Positions 20,016-30,032 of a stretch of 64,000 nucleotides of DNA are shown piece by piece. The stretch is from Candidatus Cloacimonadota bacterium. Lineage in GTDB: Bacteria > Cloacimonadota > Cloacimonadia > G963667145. Each line of letters begins with the position of its first letter. Position 1 is the stretch's first letter. A program made the position numbers and the translations under genes. The stretch spans positions 1,344,001 to 1,408,000 of the forward strand of contig OY781092.1 in assembly GCA_963676615.1 (NCBI GenBank), read 5' to 3'. The notes under the pieces were generated by a model that did not search any database, was not told where the DNA came from, and saw only the letters and a list, made by a program, of their open reading frames with translations.

Positions 20016-20957
20016 ATGACAAATTCGATAGATTATAGCAAAAACGAAAACTGGGCTTCGTTGCCAGACACGAACAAAGCCGTCGATGTTTTTTATGTAT
20101 ATCCGACAGTTTATCTGAAACCTGAGCCAAAAAATATGGATATTGGCGACCCTACTCTTCGTAAAAATGTTTCTGGGCTGCTGACAGCTCAAGCGGGTGT
20201 TTATTCTCCATATGCAAATTTGTTTGCTCCTTATTATCGCCAACAAACAGCCGCTACGCAAAGTATGAAAGCGAACAACGGCGGCGTGAGTGCATATGAA
20301 GACCCTAGCTTCAAAATCGGCTATCGAGACATCCAACAAGCCTTCTATTATTACCTAGCGCACCTCAACAAAGGGCGACCTTTCATTTTAGCAGGGCACA
20401 GCCAAGGCTCAATGGTTATCATCCAGCTACTCAGAAATCGCTTCGAGAACCCTCAACTGCAGCAACAACTCATCGCAGCTTACGCTATCGGATACTCCCT
20501 TACCAAAGAAGATTTGGCGAACTATCCGTGGATGCGCCTTGCCCAAAAAGAAGACGACACTGGCGTAATCATCACCTATAACACCCAAGGTCCTAACGCT
20601 GGAGAATCGCCAGTTTTACTCAAAAACGCCGTAGCCATAAATCCGCTAAACTGGAAAACCGATGCAACTCTAGCTCCACAATCAGCAAACAAAGGTGCTG
20701 TTTTCTTCAACGACGCCACTGGCGAAGTTTTACAAAAAATTCCAAACTTCACAGACGCAAAAATCGACACCACCACTGGCGCACTAATCGTCTGCAAAAT
20801 GCAACCCACACAAACAGACAAAATCAACCTCAAAAAAATGGGCAGATGGCCAAGCGAAGTCTATCATCGCTACGACTACGCATTTTTTTACGAAAATATA
20901 AAAGAAAATGTCGAAAAGCGCATAAAAGCGTTTCAAAAAAATAGAGGGAAATTATGA
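20016..20957 (+). CDS. DUF3089 alpha/beta hydrolase
   Basis: DVFYVYPT, FAPYYRQ, RPFILAGHSQG, INPLNW, YH.YDY.FFY.N. Confidence 0.88.
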   Translation: MTNSIDYSKNENWASLPDTNKAVDVFYVYPTVYLKPEPKNMDIGDPTLRKNVSGLLTAQAGVYSPYANLFAPYYRQQTAATQSMKANNGGVSAYEDPSFKIGYRDIQQAFYYYLAHLNKGRPFILAGHSQGSMVIIQLLRNRFENPQLQQQLIAAYAIGYSLTKEDLANYPWMRLAQKEDDTGVIITYNTQGPNAGESPVLLKNAVAINPLNWKTDATLAPQSANKGAVFFNDATGEVLQKIPNFTDAKIDTTTGALIVCKMQPTQTDKINLKKMGRWPSEVYHRYDYAFFYENIKENVEKRIKAFQKNRGKL

Positions 20958-21373
20958 AAACGAAAAGCAAGCTGAACAAACTTCTCAAAGCAGCTGGAAT
21001 AACGCTGCTGATTTACGGACTTTTGGAATGTCTGGATGTTTACAGCAATTTTGCGGCGATGCTGGGCTGGTCACAAAACAGCTACCCTCCTTTTTATTTT
21101 GACGCTATTAACAAGCTCTTCACCCAAAAACCGCTCTACTCATTTTTGTTCACCCTCATTCCGACCTCCCTGCGCCTAATCTCGGGCATCGGCATCCTCC
21201 GTGACAGAATGTGGGGCTTTTGGCTTGCTATCATCGTGAGCATCTACACCTTTTGCGTCTTCACCCTCTTTTTACCTTTGGGCGTCTATGACGGCATTTT
21301 AACCACAATCGTCCTGATTTTTCTGTTGATTGGCTACTGTGGAAAATCCAAAATTTCCAGTTTTATTTCTTGA
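20954..21373 (+). CDS. Hypothetical membrane protein
   Basis: About four hydrophobic segments; coupled to the DUF3089 gene. Confidence 0.75.
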   Translation: MKTKSKLNKLLKAAGITLLIYGLLECLDVYSNFAAMLGWSQNSYPPFYFDAINKLFTQKPLYSFLFTLIPTSLRLISGIGILRDRMWGFWLAIIVSIYTFCVFTLFLPLGVYDGILTTIVLIFLLIGYCGKSKISSFIS

Positions 21374-21446
21374 CAAATAAGCTCTTTATCCGCCCTCTAA
21401 TTAAGAATTTATAGCAACAAATTAAACTTGGAGACCATAACCCAAA

Positions 21447-22139
21447 ATGATCCAAAAAAAATATTTAGCGCCGAACGGTTGCACTTTGTCCAGCCTCTGC
21501 GTCGGGCTCATCGCCATCCAGCGAGTGATAAACGGCGACTACATCCAAGCCTGCTGGCTCATCACCTTGTGTATGGTATTCGACCTTTTCGACGGCACAC
21601 TCGCCCGCAAATTCGAGGCGTTCAGCGACTTTGGAGCCGAGCTAGACTCGCTCGTCGATTTCCTCTGCTTTGGCATCGCTCCCGCTATCCTCGCCTACAA
21701 TATGCTGCTAATCCACAAGCCACTTTACGGCGGAATTTTGTGCATCTTTTTTGTCATCTGCGCCGCATCGCGACTTGCTCGCTTCAACTCCTGCCTGTCG
21801 TCCGACCTCTCGGTCAAACACGACTTCAAAGGGCTACCCGTGCCAGCAGCCGCAGCTTTCATCGTCTCCTACATCATCTTTGCGAATGAACTTCCGCACA
21901 AAATGCACCTGACCATCCTTATCGCAATCATCCTGCTCTCCTCACTGTTAATGGTCAGCAGCGTCCAGTTCCGCCCGCTCAAACCGTCGGCACGAAAAAA
22001 CATCTTCGTAAAACTTTTCGTCTGCGCAATTTTAGTCGCGTCAATTTGGCAAGCAGCCTACATCTACTTCCCGCTTTGCCTGCTGCTGCTTCTACAAAAT
22101 CTTTTGCTGAACCTTGGTCAAAAATATCACAAAAGCTAA
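21447..22139 (+). CDS. pssA: CDP-diacylglycerol--serine O-phosphatidyltransferase
   Basis: D.FDG.LAR...G.ELDSL.D, RLARFN, FKGLPVPAAA. Confidence 0.92.
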   Translation: MIQKKYLAPNGCTLSSLCVGLIAIQRVINGDYIQACWLITLCMVFDLFDGTLARKFEAFSDFGAELDSLVDFLCFGIAPAILAYNMLLIHKPLYGGILCIFFVICAASRLARFNSCLSSDLSVKHDFKGLPVPAAAAFIVSYIIFANELPHKMHLTILIAIILLSSLLMVSSVQFRPLKPSARKNIFVKLFVCAILVASIWQAAYIYFPLCLLLLLQNLLLNLGQKYHKS

Positions 22140-22785
22140 ACCGTTCATCGACGCTTTAGCGCAACTACTCTTTCCCAAAATTTGCTACGCTTGCAGAAAA
22201 AAACTGCCCGACCAAAGCAGTCGCATCAGCATTTGCCCGGAGTGCCTCTCGCAACTAGAACCGCCAAGCAAACAGCGCCCGAGCGTTTACAGCCTACTCA
22301 AATTCAACCCGATTGCGCAAGAACTCATCCACCAGCTAAAATATAACAACAAAAAAAAAGTGGCGCCGCAACTTTGCTTTTGGGCAAAATCGCAAATCGA
22401 AAAAAACATCGCACCGTGGAACATCGACGGAATCGTGCCTGTGCCGCTTTTTCGCATTCGCTATAACGAGCGCAGCTACAACCAGTCGGAACACATCGCC
22501 AAAGCTCTTAGCAAAATTCTTGGCGTGGAACTTTTGCCAAAAATCTGCAAACGAGTCCGCTATACCAAAACTCAAGCTCGGCTAAAAAACGCAGACGCTC
22601 GCAAAAAGAACCTTGCGGGAGCTTTCGCCTGCCGCGGCAAAAATCATCTGGGCAACAAAAACCTGCTGGTCGTGGACGATGTGCTGACCACAGGCGCGAC
22701 CCTGCAAAACCTCGTTACCACCCTCTCGCAAATCACAAACGGCAAAATCTACGGATTTACCTTGGCGACGGCGAGCGAAAAATGA
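22114..22785 (+). CDS. comF: ComF family protein (zinc ribbon plus PRTase)
   Basis: CYAC...CPEC, PVPL, RSYNQ, VDDVLTTGATL. Confidence 0.9.
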   Translation: MVKNITKAKPFIDALAQLLFPKICYACRKKLPDQSSRISICPECLSQLEPPSKQRPSVYSLLKFNPIAQELIHQLKYNNKKKVAPQLCFWAKSQIEKNIAPWNIDGIVPVPLFRIRYNERSYNQSEHIAKALSKILGVELLPKICKRVRYTKTQARLKNADARKKNLAGAFACRGKNHLGNKNLLVVDDVLTTGATLQNLVTTLSQITNGKIYGFTLATASEK

Positions 22786-23348
22786 CCTACTACAAAATCT
22801 TGAGCGTCCTGGTTTGCAACCTGCTGCTGCTCTCATGCATCCCCGTTTTGCTGAAATATCTGCTGTTTTGCCGCGCCCGCACATTTTTGGGCTTCAAGCT
22901 ATTTTTCACACCCGGAATCGTTATCCGCAAAGAAAAACAGCTCCTGCAAAAAATCGACCAAGGAATCGTTGAATATCACAAATTTTGCCTTGACAAAGAT
23001 AGCCAAACCCTTAGCAGAGTCGAAGACAAACTCAGCAAAATCGTCTTCCAAAAGACAAAATTTTTGCAAAATTGGCACTTTTTGCCAGCGTTTTTCTGCC
23101 TATTTTTGCGAAAAATTCTTTCCGTCTTGGTCTATCAGATAGTGCTGCAAGCGGGAAAAGAGATTTTGCCAGCGTTGTCCGACAAATACAAACTGGAAAC
23201 TCGCCTTCAGGAAATCAGAACCAAAATCGAGCCTGAGATGATCGAAGAGTTGAGCCAAAAATATTTTTTCAAATACTTGCTCTACTTTTTCGCCTCGCTA
23301 GGACTTTTAACAGGAATCACAAACAGTATAATAATATGGCTATTTTAA
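22782..23348 (+). CDS. Hypothetical membrane protein, DUF445-like
   Basis: N- and C-terminal TM segments; YLLF...FTPG resembles the DUF445 N-terminus. Confidence 0.6.
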   Translation: MTYYKILSVLVCNLLLLSCIPVLLKYLLFCRARTFLGFKLFFTPGIVIRKEKQLLQKIDQGIVEYHKFCLDKDSQTLSRVEDKLSKIVFQKTKFLQNWHFLPAFFCLFLRKILSVLVYQIVLQAGKEILPALSDKYKLETRLQEIRTKIEPEMIEELSQKYFFKYLLYFFASLGLLTGITNSIIIWLF

Positions 23349-24619
23349 AAAAAATCTCCGTCGTGGCAATTTTTTGTCTTGCGCAAACTATTTTCGCAGA
23401 CGATTTAGGACGACTGGACTCCGCCTATCAAAGCGGTAACATCCAATATTTGCAAGAGAATTTGCCCAATGTGCAGAGCGATTTTCCCGAAGAAAAAGAG
23501 CGCATCGATTTTTACAAAGCTGTTACGCAATCGTCGCCAAATTTTGTGCAAGAGTTGGAAAAAATCTCCGCTCAGCCCAACAATCAGTTTTCGCAAGCGG
23601 CGCTTTTGGAGCTGAGCAAAGTTTACTACCTGAAAAAAGATTACTCCAAGGCGCTGAAATATTTGGACAAAATCACCAAGCCCGCTCTGCAAGCCGAAAA
23701 AAGTTATTGGACGGCGTATTCGCTTTATGCGCTGGCGGACTATAAAGTCGCCATTCAGTGGGCGCAAGAGTATCAACAGCTCGCGCGCGACAACGACCGA
23801 ATCGAAAATACCTACATCCTCATCAGCAATTGCTATATCAAGCTGGGCAAATATGACCTTGCGCTAAAGCTTTTGCTCTCGTTGGAAAAGCTCAAACTCC
23901 TTAGCTCGCAAAGAGCCGCGGGGCTATACAACATCAGCGTTTGTTACGAAGAGCTGAACAATCCCGCAAAGCAAAAAGAGACAGTTTTTTTGCTCAAAAA
24001 AGATTTCCCTTACAGCAAATATGCCGAGCTTCTTACCGAAAGAGATTTACAGGTTTTCCAAGACGACTCGCTGCAGCCGCAAAGCCAGACAAACAGCACG
24101 GTTTACCTGCAAGTTGGTGCTTTTGGCGACGAAGAAAACGCTGCAGATTTTTCTGATATTTTGCTAAACAAAGGCTTTCCGACAAAAATTCACAAAGACG
24201 AAAAAAACAGCGGCACTTTCTACAAAGTTTGGGCTGGTCCCTTTGCCAATTCGCAAGATTTGCAGGCGGCGAAATCGAAACTGCTGGCAGAAAATTATCC
24301 GAGCTTTGTCGTGGAAGAGCAGCAAACGCAAAGCCAAGAAGAGCCGTTGCAGCAAACGCCAGCAGAGCAAAGCGTGCCGACGCTCAGCCACAAAAGTTAC
24401 TACTTGGAATGCGGCGTTTTTACCGATCCAGCGAAATTGCAACAGCGCTTGCAGCGGCTGAAAAAAATCGGCGTGAGCGCGCAGGCGTATAAGCGCACAG
24501 TCGGCAGCAAATCCTTCATCTATGGCGTTATAGGGCCGTTCTCCAGCAAAGAAGAGGCGCTGGCTCAGCAGAGAAAGCTCAAAAGATACAACCTCGCCAG
24601 CAACATTTTTATCAAATAA
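23336..24619 (+). CDS. TPR plus tandem SPOR domain exported protein
   Basis: Signal peptide, TPR-like helices, YLQVGAF..EENA...YKVWAGPF, second SPOR-like YYLECGVF...IGPF. Confidence 0.85.
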   Translation: MAILKKISVVAIFCLAQTIFADDLGRLDSAYQSGNIQYLQENLPNVQSDFPEEKERIDFYKAVTQSSPNFVQELEKISAQPNNQFSQAALLELSKVYYLKKDYSKALKYLDKITKPALQAEKSYWTAYSLYALADYKVAIQWAQEYQQLARDNDRIENTYILISNCYIKLGKYDLALKLLLSLEKLKLLSSQRAAGLYNISVCYEELNNPAKQKETVFLLKKDFPYSKYAELLTERDLQVFQDDSLQPQSQTNSTVYLQVGAFGDEENAADFSDILLNKGFPTKIHKDEKNSGTFYKVWAGPFANSQDLQAAKSKLLAENYPSFVVEEQQTQSQEEPLQQTPAEQSVPTLSHKSYYLECGVFTDPAKLQQRLQRLKKIGVSAQAYKRTVGSKSFIYGVIGPFSSKEEALAQQRKLKRYNLASNIFIK

Positions 24620-24622
24620 AAA

Positions 24623-27232
24623 ATGCCCAAAGCCAAGCTAACTCCGATGTTGGAGCAATTTCTCCACTTCAAAAATCAGCATCCCGACAAGATTATTCTC
24701 TTTCGAATGGGCGATTTTTACGAAACTTTTTTTGACGATGCCCAAGTTTGCGCCAAAATTTTGAACATCACCCTGACGACCCGCAACAAAAACAAGGAGA
24801 ACTCCGTGCCGCTGGCGGGCTTTCCCTATCATTCGCTTTCCAGCTATCTGCCGCGCCTGATTGCCGCTAATCAAAAGGTGGTGATTTGCGAGCAGATGGA
24901 AGACCCAAAGCGAGCCAAGGGGCTGGTCAAGCGCGAAATCGTGGACATTATCACGCCGGGGAGCATCGTCGAATCGGAGTATATTCACTCGCCCGACGAC
25001 AACTTTTTGACTTCGCTGGTGTGCGAAGGCTCGGAATATGGCGTTGCCAGCGTGGACATCTCCACGGGGAAATTTAACTTTACGCAACTGCAAAAAGAAC
25101 AGCTGCCCGCAGAGCTGGAGCGGCTTTCTCCCAAAGAAATTTTGACTTTGCAACTTCCTCGTGATGCAGAAATTGCCGAAACTTTCGACGCAAAAATTTC
25201 TCACAGTCAATACGAGGACGACCAAATCCAGCTGGAGCGAGCGCAGGAGATTTTGAAAGAGCATTTTTCGCTTCTGTCGCTTGCGGGCGTTGGTTTGTCC
25301 GAACATCCGCTGGCGACCAAAGCCGCCGCGATAGCCATTGCGCATCTGAAAGATTTGAAAAAAAACGACCTCAAGCACATCGACAAAATCGAGTATTATT
25401 CGCTGGGCGCGTGCGTGCAGATGGACAAATCGACCGTCGCCAACTTGGAGCTGACCAAATCGCTGCTGGAGGGCACGACGCACGGAACTTTGCTGCAGGT
25501 GCTCGACCAAACTTGCACACCGATGGGTAGTCGCAAGCTCAAGCAGTGGGTGCTGCGACCGCTTTTGCAACAAGAGGCGATCGAACACCGACTGGAAATC
25601 GCCGAGGAGATGCTCGACAAAATCGATTTGACTCTGGCTTTGCGAGAGTTGCTGAGTAAAATCGGTGACATTGCCAGACTCACCAGCAAAATTTCCACAG
25701 GTTCGATAAACCCAAAGGAGATGCTCGCCATCGCTCAATATCTGGGGCTTTCGCGCGAAATCAAAGAGATTTTGGACAGCTTCGACTCCCTTTCGCTACT
25801 GCAAATCAAGGACAACATCCAAAACTACGACCAAATTATCGACAAAATCGACTCGACGATTTGCGAAAATCCGCAGAAAGCGATAACGCAAGGCGGCATC
25901 ATCAAAAGTCAAGCAAATCAAGAGCTTGGCGAGTTGCATCAAATCAGCTCGCAAGGGAAGTCGTGGATTTTGAAGCTGGAAAAAGAGGAAAAAGAGAAGC
26001 TGGGAATTGCAAATCTGAAAATCGATTACAACAAAATTTTTGGCTACTACATCGAAATCAGCAAAAGGCACGCCGACGCTGTGCCAGAGCGGTATATTCG
26101 CAAGCAAACTTTGGTCAATAGCGAGCGGTTTATCTCGCCGGAGCTCAAGGAGTATGAGAGCAAGGTGCTGGGCGCCGAGGAGCGAATTAAGGAGCTGGAA
26201 TACGAGATTTTTTGCAATTTGCGCTCCTTTTTGCAGGAAAAAATGAGCCTGCTACTGGAGTTTGCCGACACGCTGGCGCTGCTGGATGTTTACGCAAACT
26301 TCGCTCAAATCAGCTTTCATCGTGGTTATTGCAAGCCGAAATTTAACGACCAAAAAATTTTAGACCTCAAAAAATCTTTTCATCCTGTGATAAAGGAGCT
26401 GCTCAAAACTCAAGAGTTCATCCCCAACGACATCTACATCGACAACGAAAAAAACAACATCGTCTTGATTACCGGACCAAATATGGCGGGCAAATCGACC
26501 TATCTGCGGCAAGTCGCCGTCTCCGCTTTGATGGCGCAAATCGGCTGCTATGTCCCTGCCAAAGAGGCGTCGATGCCCATTTTTGACAAAATCTTTACGC
26601 GCGTTGGAGCGTCGGACAACCTCGCCAAAGGGCAAAGCACATTTTTGGTTGAGATGCTGGAGACCGCCTCAATCCTCAACTCTGCCAGCAAAGATTCGCT
26701 GGTCATCTTGGACGAAATTGGCCGTGGCACCAGCACCTACGACGGCTTATCGCTCGCCTGGTCAATCATCGAATACCTGCACAGCAGCCACCTAAAAGGC
26801 GTCAAAACGCTCTTCGCCACGCACTATCACGAGCTCACGCATCTGGCGGAAACTTTGCCGAGCGTGAAAAATTACAATGTCATCGTCGAGAAAGAGGACG
26901 ACAAAATCATCTTTATGCACAAAGTTTTGCCGGGAAAAGCCTCGGAAAGCTATGGCATCGATGTCGCTCAGCTGGCGGGCATCCCTGCGCCTGTCATTTT
27001 GCGCGCCAAAGAGATTTTGCAAACATTAGAAAATTCACAAAAAAAAAGCAAAAAAGTTCAGTTGCACACGCAACTGCAGGCATTTCCTGCTTCTCCAGAA
27101 AAAAAACAAACACCCCAAAATCTACTGAAATTGCAAAAAAAACTGCAAGCTATTTCGACCGATCAAACAACGCCACTGCAAGCTTTGCAGCTTTTGAGCG
27201 AGCTGCAAAAAATCGCCTCTCAAGAAAGTTGA
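24623..27232 (+). CDS. mutS: DNA mismatch repair protein MutS
   Basis: GDFYE, ITGPNMAGKST, STF..EM, DEIGRGT, THYHEL. Confidence 0.98.
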   Translation: MPKAKLTPMLEQFLHFKNQHPDKIILFRMGDFYETFFDDAQVCAKILNITLTTRNKNKENSVPLAGFPYHSLSSYLPRLIAANQKVVICEQMEDPKRAKGLVKREIVDIITPGSIVESEYIHSPDDNFLTSLVCEGSEYGVASVDISTGKFNFTQLQKEQLPAELERLSPKEILTLQLPRDAEIAETFDAKISHSQYEDDQIQLERAQEILKEHFSLLSLAGVGLSEHPLATKAAAIAIAHLKDLKKNDLKHIDKIEYYSLGACVQMDKSTVANLELTKSLLEGTTHGTLLQVLDQTCTPMGSRKLKQWVLRPLLQQEAIEHRLEIAEEMLDKIDLTLALRELLSKIGDIARLTSKISTGSINPKEMLAIAQYLGLSREIKEILDSFDSLSLLQIKDNIQNYDQIIDKIDSTICENPQKAITQGGIIKSQANQELGELHQISSQGKSWILKLEKEEKEKLGIANLKIDYNKIFGYYIEISKRHADAVPERYIRKQTLVNSERFISPELKEYESKVLGAEERIKELEYEIFCNLRSFLQEKMSLLLEFADTLALLDVYANFAQISFHRGYCKPKFNDQKILDLKKSFHPVIKELLKTQEFIPNDIYIDNEKNNIVLITGPNMAGKSTYLRQVAVSALMAQIGCYVPAKEASMPIFDKIFTRVGASDNLAKGQSTFLVEMLETASILNSASKDSLVILDEIGRGTSTYDGLSLAWSIIEYLHSSHLKGVKTLFATHYHELTHLAETLPSVKNYNVIVEKEDDKIIFMHKVLPGKASESYGIDVAQLAGIPAPVILRAKEILQTLENSQKKSKKVQLHTQLQAFPASPEKKQTPQNLLKLQKKLQAISTDQTTPLQALQLLSELQKIASQES

Positions 27233-27918
27233 TGGCGGTATTTGCACACCGTTCGTCTGCTGATTTTGACGCCCATCTGCTGTAACTGCTCGGCGATTTC
27301 TCGGTCGCCAAAGCCCTCTTTCGTTAAACGGCGCACCTTTTCTTTTACAAAATCTAGACTTAAACCAGCTTGCCCTTTCACCAAAAAATCGGACAGAAGC
27401 TTTACTTCGCCCACAAAATCGACCTGCTTATTTTTGAGCAAAGCGTAGCAAATATTTTTGGAAATCTGCAAATCTTCCGCCAGCTTTTGCATCGCCAAAG
27501 GGCTGAACGACGCCCGTTTTTGCCAAGATTCCCACTGAAATTCGCAAAGATATTTCCCAACTTTTTGCAAAAGTTTTTCGCGCGAACTTAGGATATTTTG
27601 CAAAAATTGCCGCCTTTTTCTTTGCTTGGCAAAAAAATCGCCGGCGCATTGCTGATACTCCGATTTCAATTTCAGCTTCGGACAAAAAACTTTGTTCACT
27701 CGGCAGATTTTGCCGTCCCACACCAAATCTACCTGCGACTGCGAGTAGTCATAATTTTCGATTTCGTTCAAATCGAGCAGTGGATTTGCCAAAATCTCTT
27801 GTTTGAGAAAAAGGCTCAGCTCTCGCAAATCCATTTTGTAGAGCTTGAGAAAAAGCGGCGATTGCCCAACTTTTTTGTCTAAAACGATATCCGCAAAACT
27901 GATCAGAGGCTTGCTCAT
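27220..27918 (-). CDS. Short sigma-54 (RpoN)-like protein lacking the core-binding domain
   Basis: Region I-like LKL..MDLREL...EILANPLL and RpoN box ISRRTVCKYR in only 232 aa. Confidence 0.8.
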   Translation of the reverse strand: MSKPLISFADIVLDKKVGQSPLFLKLYKMDLRELSLFLKQEILANPLLDLNEIENYDYSQSQVDLVWDGKICRVNKVFCPKLKLKSEYQQCAGDFFAKQRKRRQFLQNILSSREKLLQKVGKYLCEFQWESWQKRASFSPLAMQKLAEDLQISKNICYALLKNKQVDFVGEVKLLSDFLVKGQAGLSLDFVKEKVRRLTKEGFGDREIAEQLQQMGVKISRRTVCKYRHQLS

Positions 27919-27921
27919 CGG

Positions 27922-28539
27922 CTACTTTTCGTGCGACTCGACTCGCTTTTTCGCCGCCGCAAAAAGCTTCTGCGTGTTCAAATTTTCGGTGATACCCACA
28001 TCCAGCACATCCACATAAATCGCATCCTGATAATAGGGCATCAGCACATCGCGAAAGGTCTGCGCGCGAGAGTCGGCAAGCACTTTCGGCACAAAATCGG
28101 CAGCGAACAAAATCGGATGCCCCTTCTTCGGGCGACCATCTTTGCGACCGACAGGAATCACGAAAGGAGCTGGCTCGACATAGGCGTCCGAAATTTTTTG
28201 GTAACTCTCTGGCAAAACGAACGGCTGATCGACCAAATTGAGCATCGCCATATGTCCGCTTTGCACCTTGACAAACCCTTTTTTTACCGACGAAAGCATT
28301 CCGCCTTGCAGATGTTCTGCGTTAAAAACTGGGAACACAAAATCGGCGTAACGATCTGCCAGATAGTCCGATACGCCTTGGTAGTTGTCGCCAAGCACGA
28401 CAATCACACGATCAGAAAAAGCCCGTAACTTCTGCAAAACCAGGTCGATAGTCTTGCCATCGCCGACATCCAAAAGCGCTTTGTCCGCACCCATTCGCGA
28501 AGATTGCCCCGCACACAGCAAAATCGAATCTATTTTCAT
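27922..28539 (-). CDS. MobA/MocA-like nucleotidyltransferase
   Basis: LCAGQSSRMGADKALL, GMLSS, LVDQPF, GHPILF. Confidence 0.88.
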   Translation of the reverse strand: MKIDSILLCAGQSSRMGADKALLDVGDGKTIDLVLQKLRAFSDRVIVVLGDNYQGVSDYLADRYADFVFPVFNAEHLQGGMLSSVKKGFVKVQSGHMAMLNLVDQPFVLPESYQKISDAYVEPAPFVIPVGRKDGRPKKGHPILFAADFVPKVLADSRAQTFRDVLMPYYQDAIYVDVLDVGITENLNTQKLFAAAKKRVESHEK

Positions 28540-28603
28540 AAAAACTCCTTACTTAATTTCATCTAAAAATTACTTGAAAATTGTAAAGAGAAATTTTGTA
28601 ACG

Positions 28604-28638
28604 AAAAAATGGTGCCTTTTCAATAAAAAAAGACACCA
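28604..28638 (-). terminator. Rho-independent terminator after the permease gene
   Basis: Minus strand tggtgtctttt/aaaaggcacca stem followed by a T-run. Confidence 0.7.
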
Positions 28639-28655
28639 AACTTCATCGAGCAAAT

Positions 28656-30014
28656 TTATATGAATATCAAAGTTAGCACCACAACCAGCGCTATCGTCAC
28701 CAAACCTTGCACCAAAGTAGCCAAAGTCTGGGTTTTATAGGCTGTAGAGACATCCATTCCGCTAAACTCTGTGACAACCCAAAAAAAGCTGTCGTTCGCA
28801 TGAGAAACCGTCATTGCGCCTGCTCCAATAGCCATAACTGTCAGCAATCTGCCTCCGATAGTGGCAAGTCCAAGAGCGGGCAAAAGCGGAGCGATCAAAG
28901 TTGAGGTGACCACGATAGCTGTCGTGGAAGAACCTTGTGCTGTCTTGAGAGCCGCAGCCACGATAAAAGGCACCAAAATGCCGATGCTGATAGTGCTTAG
29001 CGAATTGCCCAGATACTCGCCAATCGGCGTTGCTTTTAGCACAGAGCCAAAAGAGCCGCCCGCAGCTGTAATCATTATTATAACTGCGGCGTCCATCAAC
29101 CCCATTCCGACCCAACCGCTAAGAGTTTCTTTATCAAATTTAGGCAGCAAAAAGCAACAAAAAAAGACGCCAGCCATCAAAGCGTTTACGGGTTTACCCA
29201 AAAAACCAAAAAATTTAAAGAGAAATCCGTTTCCCAAAGGATGTGTCGGAAAATTCGCCAAAGAACCCAAAGTGATCAAAATAATCGGCACAGCGATGGG
29301 AGCAAACGCCTTCCAAATGCTCGGCAATTTGCCATATTGCTTTTTTATCTCGGCATAATCCATCTCCAGCGGAGCTGTGTCGTCGCCACAAGTGAACTTG
29401 CCGCCAACTTTTGTAGCCCACCAATAGCCTGCCAGCATCGTCACGACGGACACTCCCAGCCCAAGCAAGATAACAAAACCAAGATGCGTCGAGAGTCCCG
29501 AATTTGCGGCAGCGGCAATCGGTCCGGGCGTCGGTGGCACCAAAGTGTGCGTCGCGTAAAGTCCCGTTGCCAAGGCAACAGACATCACAACCCCTGGAGT
29601 TTTGGTTTGCTTGACCAAAGATTTTTTGAGAGAAGACAAAATCACAAAGCCAGAATCGCAAAAAACGGGAATCGACACGATATAACCGATAATACTCATC
29701 GCCAAAGCTGGTCTTTTTTTTCCGATTACCTTGATAACCGTGTCCGCCATCACAATCGCAGAACCTGACTTTTCCAGAACTTTTCCGATAATCGTCCCCA
29801 AAATTATCACAATTCCGATGTAAGTCAAAATGCCGCCAAAACCTTTACGAATAGTTGCCCCTATCTGCAAAGGATCCATTCCCGCAGCAAACGCAACGCC
29901 ATACGAAGCCAACAAAAGAGCAATAAACGGATGGAGCTTCCATTTGGCAGTGGCTATCACGATAAAAACGATAGACAACACCAAAATCACCAATAACATA
30001 GGACCTTGAACCAT
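28656..30014 (-). CDS. GntP family permease (likely D-glycerate/gluconate)
   Basis: KLHPFIALL, IPVFCDSGF, HTLVPPTPGP, AQGSSTTA, SHANDSFFW; follows glycerate kinase. Confidence 0.92.
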   Translation of the reverse strand: MVQGPMLLVILVLSIVFIVIATAKWKLHPFIALLLASYGVAFAAGMDPLQIGATIRKGFGGILTYIGIVIILGTIIGKVLEKSGSAIVMADTVIKVIGKKRPALAMSIIGYIVSIPVFCDSGFVILSSLKKSLVKQTKTPGVVMSVALATGLYATHTLVPPTPGPIAAAANSGLSTHLGFVILLGLGVSVVTMLAGYWWATKVGGKFTCGDDTAPLEMDYAEIKKQYGKLPSIWKAFAPIAVPIILITLGSLANFPTHPLGNGFLFKFFGFLGKPVNALMAGVFFCCFLLPKFDKETLSGWVGMGLMDAAVIIMITAAGGSFGSVLKATPIGEYLGNSLSTISIGILVPFIVAAALKTAQGSSTTAIVVTSTLIAPLLPALGLATIGGRLLTVMAIGAGAMTVSHANDSFFWVVTEFSGMDVSTAYKTQTLATLVQGLVTIALVVVLTLIFI

Positions 30015-30032
30015 AATTCCTCCTCTCTACTT

